Shown here: positions 38,139-48,866 of the stretch, in pieces
Position numbering within the stretch: the first letter of the stretch is position 1
Layout of the letters: the number at the start of each line of letters is the position of its first letter
From: Deinococcales bacterium
Lineage (GTDB): Bacteria; Deinococcota; Deinococci; Deinococcales; JAAFIG01
Assembly (NCBI GenBank): GCA_031414595.1
Contig: JANNVX010000018.1
Coordinates: 128,001 to 192,000 of the forward strand
Length of the DNA stretch: 64,000 bases
Direction: 5' to 3'
Position numbers and translations under genes: made by a program
Notes under the pieces: generated by a model
What the model was told of the DNA's origin: nothing
Seen by the model: the letters and a program-made list of their open reading frames with translations, nothing else
Databases searched by the model: none

Positions 38139-38861
38139 ATGCCCAAATGGTTACGCAATACTTTGATTGTTCTTGGTGCGGTTCTTGCGGCGCTTGGCGC
38201 AGTTGTTTTTGTCGTCTCGAGACCACTTCCCGCCGAGGCAAAAGCCCTTGCCGCCATGAACTCGAGTGTGACGGTGACAATCAAAAACACCGCTTTGAGC
38301 ATTTTGTTTAAGCCAAATAAACCCAGCACAAAAGGTTTTATTTTCTATCCCGGCGCTCGGGTTGCCCCCGAAGCCTATGCTGTGCCACTCCGCGCCATTG
38401 CCGAAGCTGGATACATTGTGTACATCATGAAAATGCCGCTTAATTTTGCGGTTTTTAACATCAATGCCGCCGATAGCATCATCTCGAGTAACTCCAATAT
38501 AAAATGGGCAATCGGAGGACATTCACTTGGCGGGGCAATGGCTTGCAGCTATGCCAAAAATAAAGGTGGTATCTCGAGATTGATTTTCTGGGCTGCCTAC
38601 TGCGATAAAAGTTTTGACTTCTCGAGCAGCCAGATACCCGTCACCTCGATTTACGGTTCTGAGGATGGTCTTGCTACCCCAGAGAAAGTTGCCAATACTA
38701 AAGTTTTTGCGCCACCCAGTACCAAATACATCGAAATTAAGGGCATGAACCACGCCCAGTTTGGTGATTATGGTGAGCAGGGCGGCGATAAAAAAGCCAG
38801 TATCAGTGCCGACCAAGCCAATAAATCTATTATAGAAGCGACCCTTGAGGCGTTGCGCTAA
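38139..38861 (+). CDS. Alpha/beta hydrolase with N-terminal membrane anchor
   Basis: GHSLG, DG, NHAQFG. Confidence 0.85.
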   Translation: MPKWLRNTLIVLGAVLAALGAVVFVVSRPLPAEAKALAAMNSSVTVTIKNTALSILFKPNKPSTKGFIFYPGARVAPEAYAVPLRAIAEAGYIVYIMKMPLNFAVFNINAADSIISSNSNIKWAIGGHSLGGAMACSYAKNKGGISRLIFWAAYCDKSFDFSSSQIPVTSIYGSEDGLATPEKVANTKVFAPPSTKYIEIKGMNHAQFGDYGEQGGDKKASISADQANKSIIEATLEALR

Positions 38862-38889
38862 ACTCATTCCCAAAGCATAAACTATTGGT

Positions 38890-39486
38890 ATGGCATTTAC
38901 AGATTTTACTTTGGAAGTCGTACTTGACAAATTTGAACTCGTACCAGACAGACTTGAGCTATTCTCAGAGCTTTTACCTGTACCACCTTCTGATTGGTTA
39001 CTCGAGACGCTAAAACGTTTTGAACCGCTTGCCTTTACTTCAGAAAAATCGCGTTCAGAATTTATCATTGCCCCTATTTTATCCGAAGTTCGAAGTAATG
39101 CTAAGAATATTTTCACGATTTATTCTGGTCAACGACTAGATGGCGATTCTAGCCTTGGTTTAACTGGTGAATGTGATTTTATTTTTGCTAAAAGTCCAGC
39201 CGTTTTTGCCCTTCGCGCCCCAATAGTTAGTGTGGTTGAAGCTAAGAAACAAGACGTTGAAGTTGGACTTGGGCAGTGTGTTGCCCAACTTTTAGCAGTA
39301 CGGTATTTCAATCAAAAACACGAAACAAACTTCCCAAAACTGTATGGTTGTGTGACCACAGGTGAGGTCTGGCAATTTTTAAGTCTCGAGGGTAATCAAT
39401 TGATTTTAGATGCGAGTCGGTATCAGCTTGATTCTTTACCCGAGATTCTAGCTGTGTTTAAGCGAATTCTCGAGACATATTTATAA
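38890..39486 (+). CDS. PD-(D/E)xK-like hypothetical protein
   Basis: CDF...VVEAKK...GQC.AQ...YGCVTTGE.WQF. Confidence 0.7.
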   Translation: MAFTDFTLEVVLDKFELVPDRLELFSELLPVPPSDWLLETLKRFEPLAFTSEKSRSEFIIAPILSEVRSNAKNIFTIYSGQRLDGDSSLGLTGECDFIFAKSPAVFALRAPIVSVVEAKKQDVEVGLGQCVAQLLAVRYFNQKHETNFPKLYGCVTTGEVWQFLSLEGNQLILDASRYQLDSLPEILAVFKRILETYL

Positions 39487-39518
39487 AAAAAACCCCTCGA
39501 GAATGTTCTCGAGGGGTA
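39485..39518 (-). terminator. Terminator after groEL (probably bidirectional)
   Basis: ACCCCTCGAGA / TCTCGAGGGGT stem next to an A run. Confidence 0.75.
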
Positions 39519-39539
39519 TTGCTGTAAGCGGGGTGATGC

Positions 39540-41219
<1,680 letters not shown>

Positions 41220-41265
41220 TTAGTTTCTAGCCTTTTCGAGCCAGTGACTAGCCGCTAGTAGCTGA

Positions 41266-41556
41266 TTAGATAATAACGGCGAGAATATCGCGTTCAGAAA
41301 GAATGGTGAAAGTTTTGCCGCCGTCAGAAACTTCTGTACCGCCGTATTTGGCAAAGTACACAGTGTTGCCAACTTGAACTTCAACCGCTACTTTTGCGCC
41401 ACTGTCAAGGGTCTTGCCAGTGCCGACAGCGATAACTTTACCGCGTTGACTTTTTTCTTTAGCGGTATCTGGAACGATCAAACCACCAGCAGTTTTTTGC
41501 TCAGATTCTTCAATAATTTCGATGACCACGCGATCACCTAACGGTGCTAATGCCAT
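41266..41556 (-). CDS. groS: Co-chaperonin GroES
   Basis: [27 protein letters not shown]. Confidence 0.98.
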   Translation of the reverse strand: MALAPLGDRVVIEIIEESEQKTAGGLIVPDTAKEKSQRGKVIAVGTGKTLDSGAKVAVEVQVGNTVYFAKYGGTEVSDGGKTFTILSERDILAVII

Positions 41557-41589
41557 TTTGTACCTCCGTACAGAATTAAAACAGATTCA

Positions 41590-41616
41590 TTAGCAGTCTC
41601 GAGTCTCGAGTGCTAA
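41590..41616. promoter_or_regulatory. CIRCE element (HrcA operator)
   Basis: TTAGCAGTC-N9-GAGTGCTAA, one mismatch to consensus. Confidence 0.9.
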
Positions 41617-41672
41617 TCTAAAGAAGAGTATATTGCTACGGTCAAGGTTTCGTCAAGTCCTGCAATAAGAAC

Positions 41673-41693
41673 CTTGAGTGTATGAGACTCAGA
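41673..41693. promoter_or_regulatory. HAIR-like element (HspR operator)
   Basis: CTTGAGT-N7-ACTCAGA versus consensus CTTGAGT-N7-ACTCAAG. Confidence 0.65.
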
Positions 41694-41727
41694 TTTGTAA
41701 ACTCGAGAAATGACGTAAGCTAAGTCC

Positions 41728-42048
41728 ATGAAAACTTTGGCTGGGACTAAAGAAGAATTTGAGATTGGCACGCAAAAAAGCCTTGAGTTTGGCAACGATT
41801 ATGTGCTGGTGTTGCGTTCAATCTCGGGGTTTTGGGCAATCGAAGACCGTTGTTCGCACGACGATAACGAACTGCTGGGCGGCGAAATTACCGAACACGA
41901 AGGCGCTGCTCCAAGTATTAAATGTGTACGGCATGGCGCAAGGTTTAACCTCGAGAATGGCAAAGCGTTATGTTTACCCGCCGTTAAAGCCGTCAAGAGT
42001 TACCGTGCTTGGTGTGAAGAAGATTTGGTCTGGGTTGAAGAAAAATAG
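41728..42048 (+). CDS. Rieske [2Fe-2S] ferredoxin
   Basis: CSH...CVRHGARF. Confidence 0.9.
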   Translation: MKTLAGTKEEFEIGTQKSLEFGNDYVLVLRSISGFWAIEDRCSHDDNELLGGEITEHEGAAPSIKCVRHGARFNLENGKALCLPAVKAVKSYRAWCEEDLVWVEEK

Positions 42049-42300
42049 TTTATTTGTCCACTACCCAAATATCCTTGGGTGTGCCGTCCATACCATCACG
42101 CTGATTGGGGTCATTGCCAAAGTACCGACTGAGAATAATCGGTTGTTCTTTTTCATCTTCTGCGTGACTGGCTGAATAATTCCAGATTGTGTTTGGCAAT
42201 CAAGAACTTGGGTCATGCTTTTGGTGTATATTACTCTGCGCGATTTTTGTTGAATCGCTTATTTCTTAGATACGTGGTCTCGAGCCACACGGAGGTTGTT

Positions 42301-44157
42301 ATGAAACACGAATTCCAAACCGAAGTTAGTCAATTGCTGCATTTAATTATTCATTCGCTCTACAGCCATAAAGAAATTTTTTTGCGCGAACTTGTTTCTA
42401 ACGCCTCAGATGCCTTGGATAAATTTAAGTACGCCACCATCACCGATGATCGTTTTAAGGACGCTACATGGTCGCCACGTATAGATATTCGTTTCACCGA
42501 AGGCACAAATCGGATTCTCGAGATTGAAGACAACGGCATTGGCATGTCTGAAAGCGACTTAATCGAGAACCTAGGCACGATTGCCAAGAGCGGCACAAAG
42601 AACTTTATGGCGCAACTGAGTGGCGATGCCAAAAAAGACTCGAACTTAATTGGGCAGTTTGGGGTTGGGTTTTACAGCGTCTTTATGGTTGCCAGCAGTG
42701 TTGAAGTGGTTTCCAAAAAAGCCGGCGAAGAAAGTGCTTCTAAATGGACTTCTGACGGGCAGGGTGGGTATGAACTCGAGAATGTGCAGAAAGACAGCCA
42801 AGGCACGCTCATTCGTTTGCACTTAAACGACGAAGGCACAGAGTATGCCAACAGGTGGCAACTCGAGCAGTTGATTAAAAAATACAGCAATCATATTGCT
42901 TTCCCGATTTTCCTGCATTTTGAAAAAACTGAGTATGGACAAGACGGCGCAGAAAACACCGTCTCGCAAGCAGTCGAACAAATCAATTCGGCTAGTGCAA
43001 TCTGGTCTAGGGCAAAATCGGACTTAAAGCCAGAAGATTACACCGAGTTCTATAAATCTGTTTCACACGGTATGGACGAGCCACTTTTTTGGTCGCATGT
43101 CAAAGCCGAAGGGACGCTTGAATACACCAGTTTGCTATACATTCCTAAAACCGCACCATTTGATTTGTACCACGCCAATTTTCAAGCTGGCGTAAAACTC
43201 TATGTGCGCCGCGTCTTCATTACCGACGACGACAAAGAACTGCTTCCGACATGGTTGCGCTTTGTGCGTGGGGTGATAGATTCCGAGGACTTGCCGCTCA
43301 ATGTGTCCAGAGAAATCCTGCAACAAAATAAAGTCATGAAGAACATCCGCACTGCCACAGTTAAAAAACTGCTGTCCGAATTCTCGAGAATTGAAAAAGA
43401 AGAACCTGAGACATGGAAGACCTTCATTGCTGCCTTTAACCGACCGCTTAAAGAAGGCTTGTACCAAGATTATGAAAACCGCGATGCACTGGCAGAATTG
43501 GTGCGCTATAACTCGAGCAAGGAAGCTGGTTTAACGGGTTTTGCGGATTACGTTGCCCGAATGCAGCCAGAGCAAAAAGCCATTTATTACATCACGGGCG
43601 GCGCAGAAAGTGTCCTCCGCAACAGCCCGTTACTCGAGGCGTACAACAAAAAAGGGATTGAAGTTTTAATCGCCTCGGACGAAATAGATGAAATTGTGAT
43701 TTCGGGCTACCCCAAATACAAGGATTTTGACCTCAAAGCCGTCAACCGCTTAGAGACTGGCGACGACCTGAAAACCGAAACCGACGAAGCGGCAGCCAAA
43801 GAAGCCGAACCGATTATCGAACGGGTCAAAAAAGCCCTTGGTTTAGAAGTCAAAGATGTCAAAGCCTCGAGCCGTTTGCTCGAGAGTCCAGCTTGTGTGG
43901 TCACCGACGACACCGACCCAACTTTTCAAATGCAAGCTATGATGCGTTCAATGGGACGTGAATCGGATATGCCAGCCGTCAAGCCGATTCTCGAGTTAAA
44001 CCCCAATCACCCTTTGATTACAAACTTAAAAGATGCAACGGATAGTGTGATAGACGATACAGCCCATGTTTTGTTGGCGCAGTCGTTGTTGCTCGAGGGG
44101 GCAGAGATTCCAGACCGTGTGGATTTTGTCAAACGCTTAAACCGTTTATTGGGCTAA
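42301..44157 (+). CDS. htpG: Chaperone HtpG (Hsp90)
   Basis: FLRELVSNASDA, NLGTIAKSGT, IGQFGVGFYS, DLPLNVSRE. Confidence 0.97.
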   Translation: MKHEFQTEVSQLLHLIIHSLYSHKEIFLRELVSNASDALDKFKYATITDDRFKDATWSPRIDIRFTEGTNRILEIEDNGIGMSESDLIENLGTIAKSGTKNFMAQLSGDAKKDSNLIGQFGVGFYSVFMVASSVEVVSKKAGEESASKWTSDGQGGYELENVQKDSQGTLIRLHLNDEGTEYANRWQLEQLIKKYSNHIAFPIFLHFEKTEYGQDGAENTVSQAVEQINSASAIWSRAKSDLKPEDYTEFYKSVSHGMDEPLFWSHVKAEGTLEYTSLLYIPKTAPFDLYHANFQAGVKLYVRRVFITDDDKELLPTWLRFVRGVIDSEDLPLNVSREILQQNKVMKNIRTATVKKLLSEFSRIEKEEPETWKTFIAAFNRPLKEGLYQDYENRDALAELVRYNSSKEAGLTGFADYVARMQPEQKAIYYITGGAESVLRNSPLLEAYNKKGIEVLIASDEIDEIVISGYPKYKDFDLKAVNRLETGDDLKTETDEAAAKEAEPIIERVKKALGLEVKDVKASSRLLESPACVVTDDTDPTFQMQAMMRSMGRESDMPAVKPILELNPNHPLITNLKDATDSVIDDTAHVLLAQSLLLEGAEIPDRVDFVKRLNRLLG

Positions 44158-44166
44158 AAATTACTG

Positions 44167-44190
44167 GAGGGCGAGGCTTACCTCGCCCTC
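44167..44190. terminator. Hairpin between convergent genes (REP-like)
   Basis: GAGGGCGAGG-CTTA-CCTCGCCCTC. Confidence 0.6.
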
Positions 44191-44192
44191 GC

Positions 44193-44543
44193 TTAGAATT
44201 TAGGCTGCTCGAGGGTTTTTACTGCTAAAGTTTCTGGGTCTGAATTGTGCTTATAAGCACTAAACACAGCGCTTAAAGCAGCAAGTAATTCGTCTGGTTC
44301 ACGCACGGTGTACAGCCCTGTTTGCCAAACAGCATTATTGGGTTCACAACGCAAAAACTGCCAAATTTGCCCACTCGAGACGATGCCATGCACAGTAATT
44401 GGTTTAGGGTTTTGGCTGACGCAAGCCGTCATGCCAATCAAACACTGGGCAATTCCAAGGTCAAACTTGTCTTTTTTGGCTTCAATGGCACACAGTAAAG
44501 GCGTGTCCAAATAAGCGCGGCGCGGGGCAATCAGGTAATCCAC
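44193..44543 (-). pseudogene. N-terminally truncated homologue of 38890-39486
   Basis: DY...IEAKK...AQC...HGIVSSG..WQF; N-terminal part and RBS missing. Confidence 0.55.
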
Positions 44544-44580
44544 ATTCTAAACCACTAGCATGAGTCCCTAACAATTGTTC

Positions 44581-44610
44581 TTGACGTATAAACAAACTTC
44601 AACTTATACT
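44581..44610 (+). promoter_or_regulatory. Sigma70-type promoter of the aspS leader
   Basis: TTGACG-N18-TATACT. Confidence 0.7.
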
Positions 44611-44620
44611 CCGCCTAGTT

Positions 44621-44659
44621 ATGAAGTGCTTTTTTGATAATTCCTCCGACGATTCTTAG
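44621..44659 (+). CDS. Asp/Asn-containing leader peptide of aspS
   Basis: MKCFFDNSSDDS. Confidence 0.7.
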   Translation: MKCFFDNSSDDS

Positions 44660-44685
44660 TCGTTGGGGCTTTTGTTTGTTTTCAC

Positions 44686-44715
44686 GCCCCGCTCGAGACT
44701 CGAGTGGGGTTTTTT
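44686..44715 (+). terminator. Attenuator terminator upstream of aspS
   Basis: GCCCCGCTCGAG-A-CTCGAGTGGGG-T6; GGGGC at 44665-69 can pair with GCCCC. Confidence 0.8.
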
Positions 44716-44728
44716 CTTAAGGGGATGT

Positions 44729-46009
44729 ATGCAGCGTACTTTAACAGTTGACTTAAAAAATAACATTGACACAGAAGTTAAACTCGAGGGGTTTGTGCAT
44801 TTTCGCCGTGACCTTGGTGGGGTGCAGTTTTTGGTGCTGCGTGACCGCACGGGTACAGCCCAGTGTGTACTTGGCAAGGGCATTCATATTCCGCTTCTTG
44901 AGTCGAGTGTTCGGGTTTTTGGCAAGGTCGTAGCAAACCCCAGAGCGCCGCAAGGTTTAGAAGTGCAAGTCAGTCAACTCGAGATGATTAGTGTGGCAGT
45001 TGAACCCGCCCCAGTTGAAGTTTCTAAAGAAGAATGGAAAGCCAACCCAGAAACGCTCTTGGATTACCGCTATGTCAGTTTACGCGGCTTAAAAGAACGG
45101 GCGGTGCTTAAAATCCAAGCAGTGTTAATTCAGGGTTTCCGCGAGGCGCTGATTGCACAGGGGTTTACCGAAATTTTCACACCAAAAATCGTCAGTGCTG
45201 GGGCAGAAGGTGGCAGCAGCCTTTTTGAAGTCCAGTATTTTGAACAAACCGCTTACTTGGCGCAAAGCCCGCAAGTCTATAAACAAATTATGGTTGGGGT
45301 CTATGAACGGGTGTTTGAAACTGCCTGTGTCTACCGTGCCGAAGAACACGCCACCAGTCGGCACTTAAACGAGTACATGAGCTTAGACCTCGAGATGGGC
45401 TTTATAGATAGCGAAGAAGATGTGATGGACATGGAAAATCTGGTCTTGGCGTATATGCTTGAGAAAGTCGCCAAAGAATGCACTACCGAACTCGAGTTAT
45501 GTGGTGTTCCAGCCCCGACAGTGCCAGCTAAAATCCCGCGAATTCCACTGTCCGAGGCTCGAGCCTTGTGCATTGAAAAGTACGGCTACACCAATGGCGG
45601 TAAAGACCTTGACCCCGAAGGCGAACGGATTATCTCGAGGCACTTTTTAGAGCATTTTGGGTCTGATTTTGTGTTTGTGACCAAGTACCCACGCAATGCC
45701 CGTCCGTTTTATGCCTATCCGAATATCGAAGATAACACCACCAAGAGCTTTGATTTATTATTTCGAGGCATTGAAATTACCAGTGGAGGACAGCGGGTTC
45801 ATGATTACCAGATACTGCTCGAGAACATGGCGTACCGCAACGTTAGCCCAGAAGGATTTGGGGCGTACTTAGAAGTCTTTAAGCATGGAATGCCGCCACA
45901 TGGGGGCTTAGCGATTGGGGCAGAACGCCTAACTGCTAAAATTCTCGAGATTAGCAATGTGCGGTATGCTCGGGCTTTCCCACGGGACAGGAATCGTTTG
46001 ACACCTTAG
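44729..46009 (+). CDS. aspS: Non-discriminating aspartate--tRNA(Asp/Asn) ligase, short archaeal-like type
   Basis: OB fold, AEGG, YLAQSPQ.YKQ, YRAE, EITSGGQR, GMPPHGG, FPRD. Confidence 0.93.
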   Translation: MQRTLTVDLKNNIDTEVKLEGFVHFRRDLGGVQFLVLRDRTGTAQCVLGKGIHIPLLESSVRVFGKVVANPRAPQGLEVQVSQLEMISVAVEPAPVEVSKEEWKANPETLLDYRYVSLRGLKERAVLKIQAVLIQGFREALIAQGFTEIFTPKIVSAGAEGGSSLFEVQYFEQTAYLAQSPQVYKQIMVGVYERVFETACVYRAEEHATSRHLNEYMSLDLEMGFIDSEEDVMDMENLVLAYMLEKVAKECTTELELCGVPAPTVPAKIPRIPLSEARALCIEKYGYTNGGKDLDPEGERIISRHFLEHFGSDFVFVTKYPRNARPFYAYPNIEDNTTKSFDLLFRGIEITSGGQRVHDYQILLENMAYRNVSPEGFGAYLEVFKHGMPPHGGLAIGAERLTAKILEISNVRYARAFPRDRNRLTP

Positions 46010-46072
46010 TCCTCAAAATTGGTTTTATCGAAATATCAAACCAAAGCAAGTATTGTGTAGACTTTATCGGTC

Positions 46073-46675
46073 ATGCACACCCATGAGATCGAGAAGATTA
46101 GACGCTTCATCCAACGGATTGTCCCCATTCCCAACGACGAGATTGTGGCTTTTTGCGGTCATGCTGTACCCAAGCACTTTTCTAGGCATCAAGAGTTTGT
46201 TCGTCAGGGGGAGGTCTGTGAGCAGCTATTGTTTATCCACCAAGGTCTTTTAAGGTACGCCTTCCTGACCGAAAACGATGAACACACCAAAGACTTTGCG
46301 GTGGACACTTCTAATCCTTTCTGTACAGCCTTTACCAGCCTGATGACCAAGCTGCCTTCACAAATCAGCATTGAGGCACTCGAGGATACTCAGGCTTCGT
46401 GCTGGTCAAGCGATTACTTGCAAGAACTGTGGGATGGTTCGCTGCACTGGCAGACTTGGGCGCGGCGCATGACGCAGGGTATGTACATCCGAAAGGAACA
46501 GCGCGAGATTACTTTTTTGCGTGACAGTGCGCTTGAGCGGTATCAGCATTTCCTGCGTGAGTTTCCTGAAGTTGTCGAGCGTGTACCTCAACACTATGTC
46601 GCCTCATATCTTGGTATCACCCCTGAAGCCCTCTCGAGACTGAGGCGAAGTCTAATCAACTCCGCATTGATTTAG
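46073..46675 (+). CDS. Crp/Fnr-family regulator
   Basis: cNMP-binding-like domain and VASYLGITPEALSRLR HTH. Confidence 0.88.
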   Translation: MHTHEIEKIRRFIQRIVPIPNDEIVAFCGHAVPKHFSRHQEFVRQGEVCEQLLFIHQGLLRYAFLTENDEHTKDFAVDTSNPFCTAFTSLMTKLPSQISIEALEDTQASCWSSDYLQELWDGSLHWQTWARRMTQGMYIRKEQREITFLRDSALERYQHFLREFPEVVERVPQHYVASYLGITPEALSRLRRSLINSALI

Positions 46676-46801
46676 GTCAAGGCGGACGACCTTTGGTTGC
46701 AACTAATCTGCTCTTCAGTGTTCGCCAAGGATAAGAAATGTAACTGCGCTACAAAATTTGCAGACATTACTTAATCCAAAGTGAATCAAAGGAGACTGAT
46801 A

Positions 46802-47959
46802 ATGACACAAACGCAACGACCTATCGCCACAACTTTTGCCGAGTATGCCGCCGCACCGGAAAGCTACCTCAGCATTGAAGGTGTTCCCGCCGAGATTGCC
46901 GCCCGTCTGCCTGGTTTTGCTGATTTTGGCATCAATGGCGACCAACTTGTTCGGGCAGTGCAACAAGCAGGGGGACCAGCCACGCCGGGTTGGGCGAGCA
47001 ACCTAATGCGCCATGGTGATGCAGCCATGGTACTTGGCGAAGCGGCTGAAGCTCGAGGGGATGGAGTGGTGGCAGAACGCGAATTCTTGCTCGCCTCGTT
47101 CTGGTATTTTTTTGCCCGATTCCCGCACATCATCAGTTCTGATGGCGCACAGGCATACCATCGTCATACTCAGGCGTACCTTAAAGCCGCTCGACATTTT
47201 TCGTCCCCGGTTGAGGTGCTAAAGATTCCATTCGAGGCTGCAATCGTGACTGCTTATCTGCGTTTGCCATCAGGTCAATCAAAAACAGGCTTTCCAGTCG
47301 TTGTTATTTGGGGTGGTATTGATGTTTGGAAGAGTGACCTCGAGATTCACGCTCAGGGTGAGGCATTGCTCAAAAAAGGTATCGCGGTACTGGCTGTGGA
47401 TATGCCCGGTACTGGCGAGAATCCATTTCCAGTCTCGAGCGATGCGGAACGGGTTCTTTTAGCGGTTTTGGATGCTGTTGCCCAGCACAAGGCTATCGAC
47501 GGTACGCGAATGGGGTGCTACGGTTTGAGTTTCGGCGGTCACTGGGCGCTCAAAATAGCATTGCTTCGACCAGAACTTCTGGGGGTAGTCAACAATGCCG
47601 GACCCGTGCATCATGCCTTTCAATCAGTGTGGGCGCAGACTTTGCCGATGGGCGCAAGAATCGCACTCTCAAAGGTCATGGGTTTAGAGCCTCGAATTGA
47701 GCCACAAGAATTCTTGACGCGACTTTCAAAACTCTCCTTGGTGACACAAGGTTTACTGCCAGCAAGGCAACACGCCCCATTGTTAAGCCTCAATGGTGAA
47801 CTGGATGAACTCGTGCCAATCACAGACCTTGAGTTCCTTGGACAAAATGGTGTAAAGCAAGACCGCTTAGTCTTCGCACACGACCGACACGTGGCAAGTC
47901 GCAATTGGTCATTGCATGAGTCGTTTGTAACAAATTGGCTTGCCCGTCGCTTGCTCTGA
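46802..47959 (+). CDS. FrsA/DUF1100-like alpha/beta hydrolase
   Basis: GGID..K, DMPGTGE, GLSFGG; AGGAG RBS. Confidence 0.8.
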   Translation: MTQTQRPIATTFAEYAAAPESYLSIEGVPAEIAARLPGFADFGINGDQLVRAVQQAGGPATPGWASNLMRHGDAAMVLGEAAEARGDGVVAEREFLLASFWYFFARFPHIISSDGAQAYHRHTQAYLKAARHFSSPVEVLKIPFEAAIVTAYLRLPSGQSKTGFPVVVIWGGIDVWKSDLEIHAQGEALLKKGIAVLAVDMPGTGENPFPVSSDAERVLLAVLDAVAQHKAIDGTRMGCYGLSFGGHWALKIALLRPELLGVVNNAGPVHHAFQSVWAQTLPMGARIALSKVMGLEPRIEPQEFLTRLSKLSLVTQGLLPARQHAPLLSLNGELDELVPITDLEFLGQNGVKQDRLVFAHDRHVASRNWSLHESFVTNWLARRLL

Positions 47960-48101
47960 AAAATAAGCCTATTCATGGCTCGAGCCAGCAGCTTAAACCG
48001 TGTTTGTCTGGCTTGCTTTCTTTCGCAAAACCAGCGTCAAGTAGACTTGCAAAAACACTCGACCAATACCTGACTTGGAGGCTGCTGAGCTTGTAGTAAT
48101 C

Positions 48102-48536
48102 TTAAATCCCTAATTGACGTTGAACAACTTGGACAACGCTCTGCATATCTTCTGCTGATAAGTACCACAGCATATTTATGTTCGACTGTTGAGCTTAGTA
48201 TTTGTGATAAAAACCTGTTGCACACGCAATTCCGCCCAAAGAATTAATCCAATGTAATTAGGCTTGGGTACTTATACTGCCAATTCTCGAGTCAATCCGC
48301 TGTTTGCCGACCGTTGTGATTTGGTCTGCCATTGCTTTTCTTGGTTCACCATTTAAGGTAATGGCGGTTTCGCTGATATAAATATGCTCGAGTTGGCTGC
48401 TGATTGGTACAACCTGTACACGGTTTAGAACGGCGTTACTGGCATTGATTGAGATGATAATGGCTGGGCGACGTTTACGAATCTCACCACCAACTGACGG
48501 GTCAAAATTGACCCACCAAACCTCAGTGCGTTTCAT
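48102..48536 (-). pseudogene. PemK/MazF toxin interrupted by a MITE
   Basis: WVNFDPSVGGEIRKRRPA...ADQITTV; missing C-terminus SAEDMQSVVQVVQRQLGI lies beyond the insertion. Confidence 0.85.
48161..48272. mobile_element. 112-bp MITE with TA target duplication
   Basis: TIRs AGTACCACAGC / GCTTGGGTACT, flanked by TA at 48159-60 and 48273-74. Confidence 0.8.
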
Positions 48537-48762
48537 CTGCAACATCCAGAACGGTAGCTTCTGCCCACTCAAGAGCATTGGCTTCTCTCTTTTGGTCGGC
48601 TGCCATTAGCGTATAAGCGGCTTCGATTTCGGTTTGCTCAAGCAGTTCTAAGGCACGTTGTACCACGATGGTTTCGCTTTCAAGAGCATGGTTTTCTTTG
48701 TACCTCGAGATAAACTCAAGATGCTGATTTCCCACTTGAATGTGCAAATTTCCATGTGGCAT
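48523..48762 (-). CDS. Antitoxin of the MazF/PemK pair
   Basis: Overlaps toxin start; ...VQRALELL...EAAY..MA.D...EW C-terminus. Confidence 0.7.
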   Translation of the reverse strand: MPHGNLHIQVGNQHLEFISRYKENHALESETIVVQRALELLEQTEIEAAYTLMAADQKREANALEWAEATVLDVADETH

Positions 48763-48866
48763 ATTGTGTAGTGTAAACCAAAAGCCAGTGTCTGGCAAAT
48801 TTGTTTTGCGTTCTGTTTTGTCTGACTAAAACCGTTTAACGCCTTAACCAAGTATGCTGTTAAGAC

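Noticed and set aside
42049-42216. Short minus-strand frames between the ferredoxin and htpG
   Set aside because: No convincing start, RBS or recognisable motif; possibly a gene remnant.
44611-44728. T-box riboswitch upstream of aspS
   Set aside because: Leader is too short and lacks the T-box GGTGG.ACC motif; a leader peptide explains it better.
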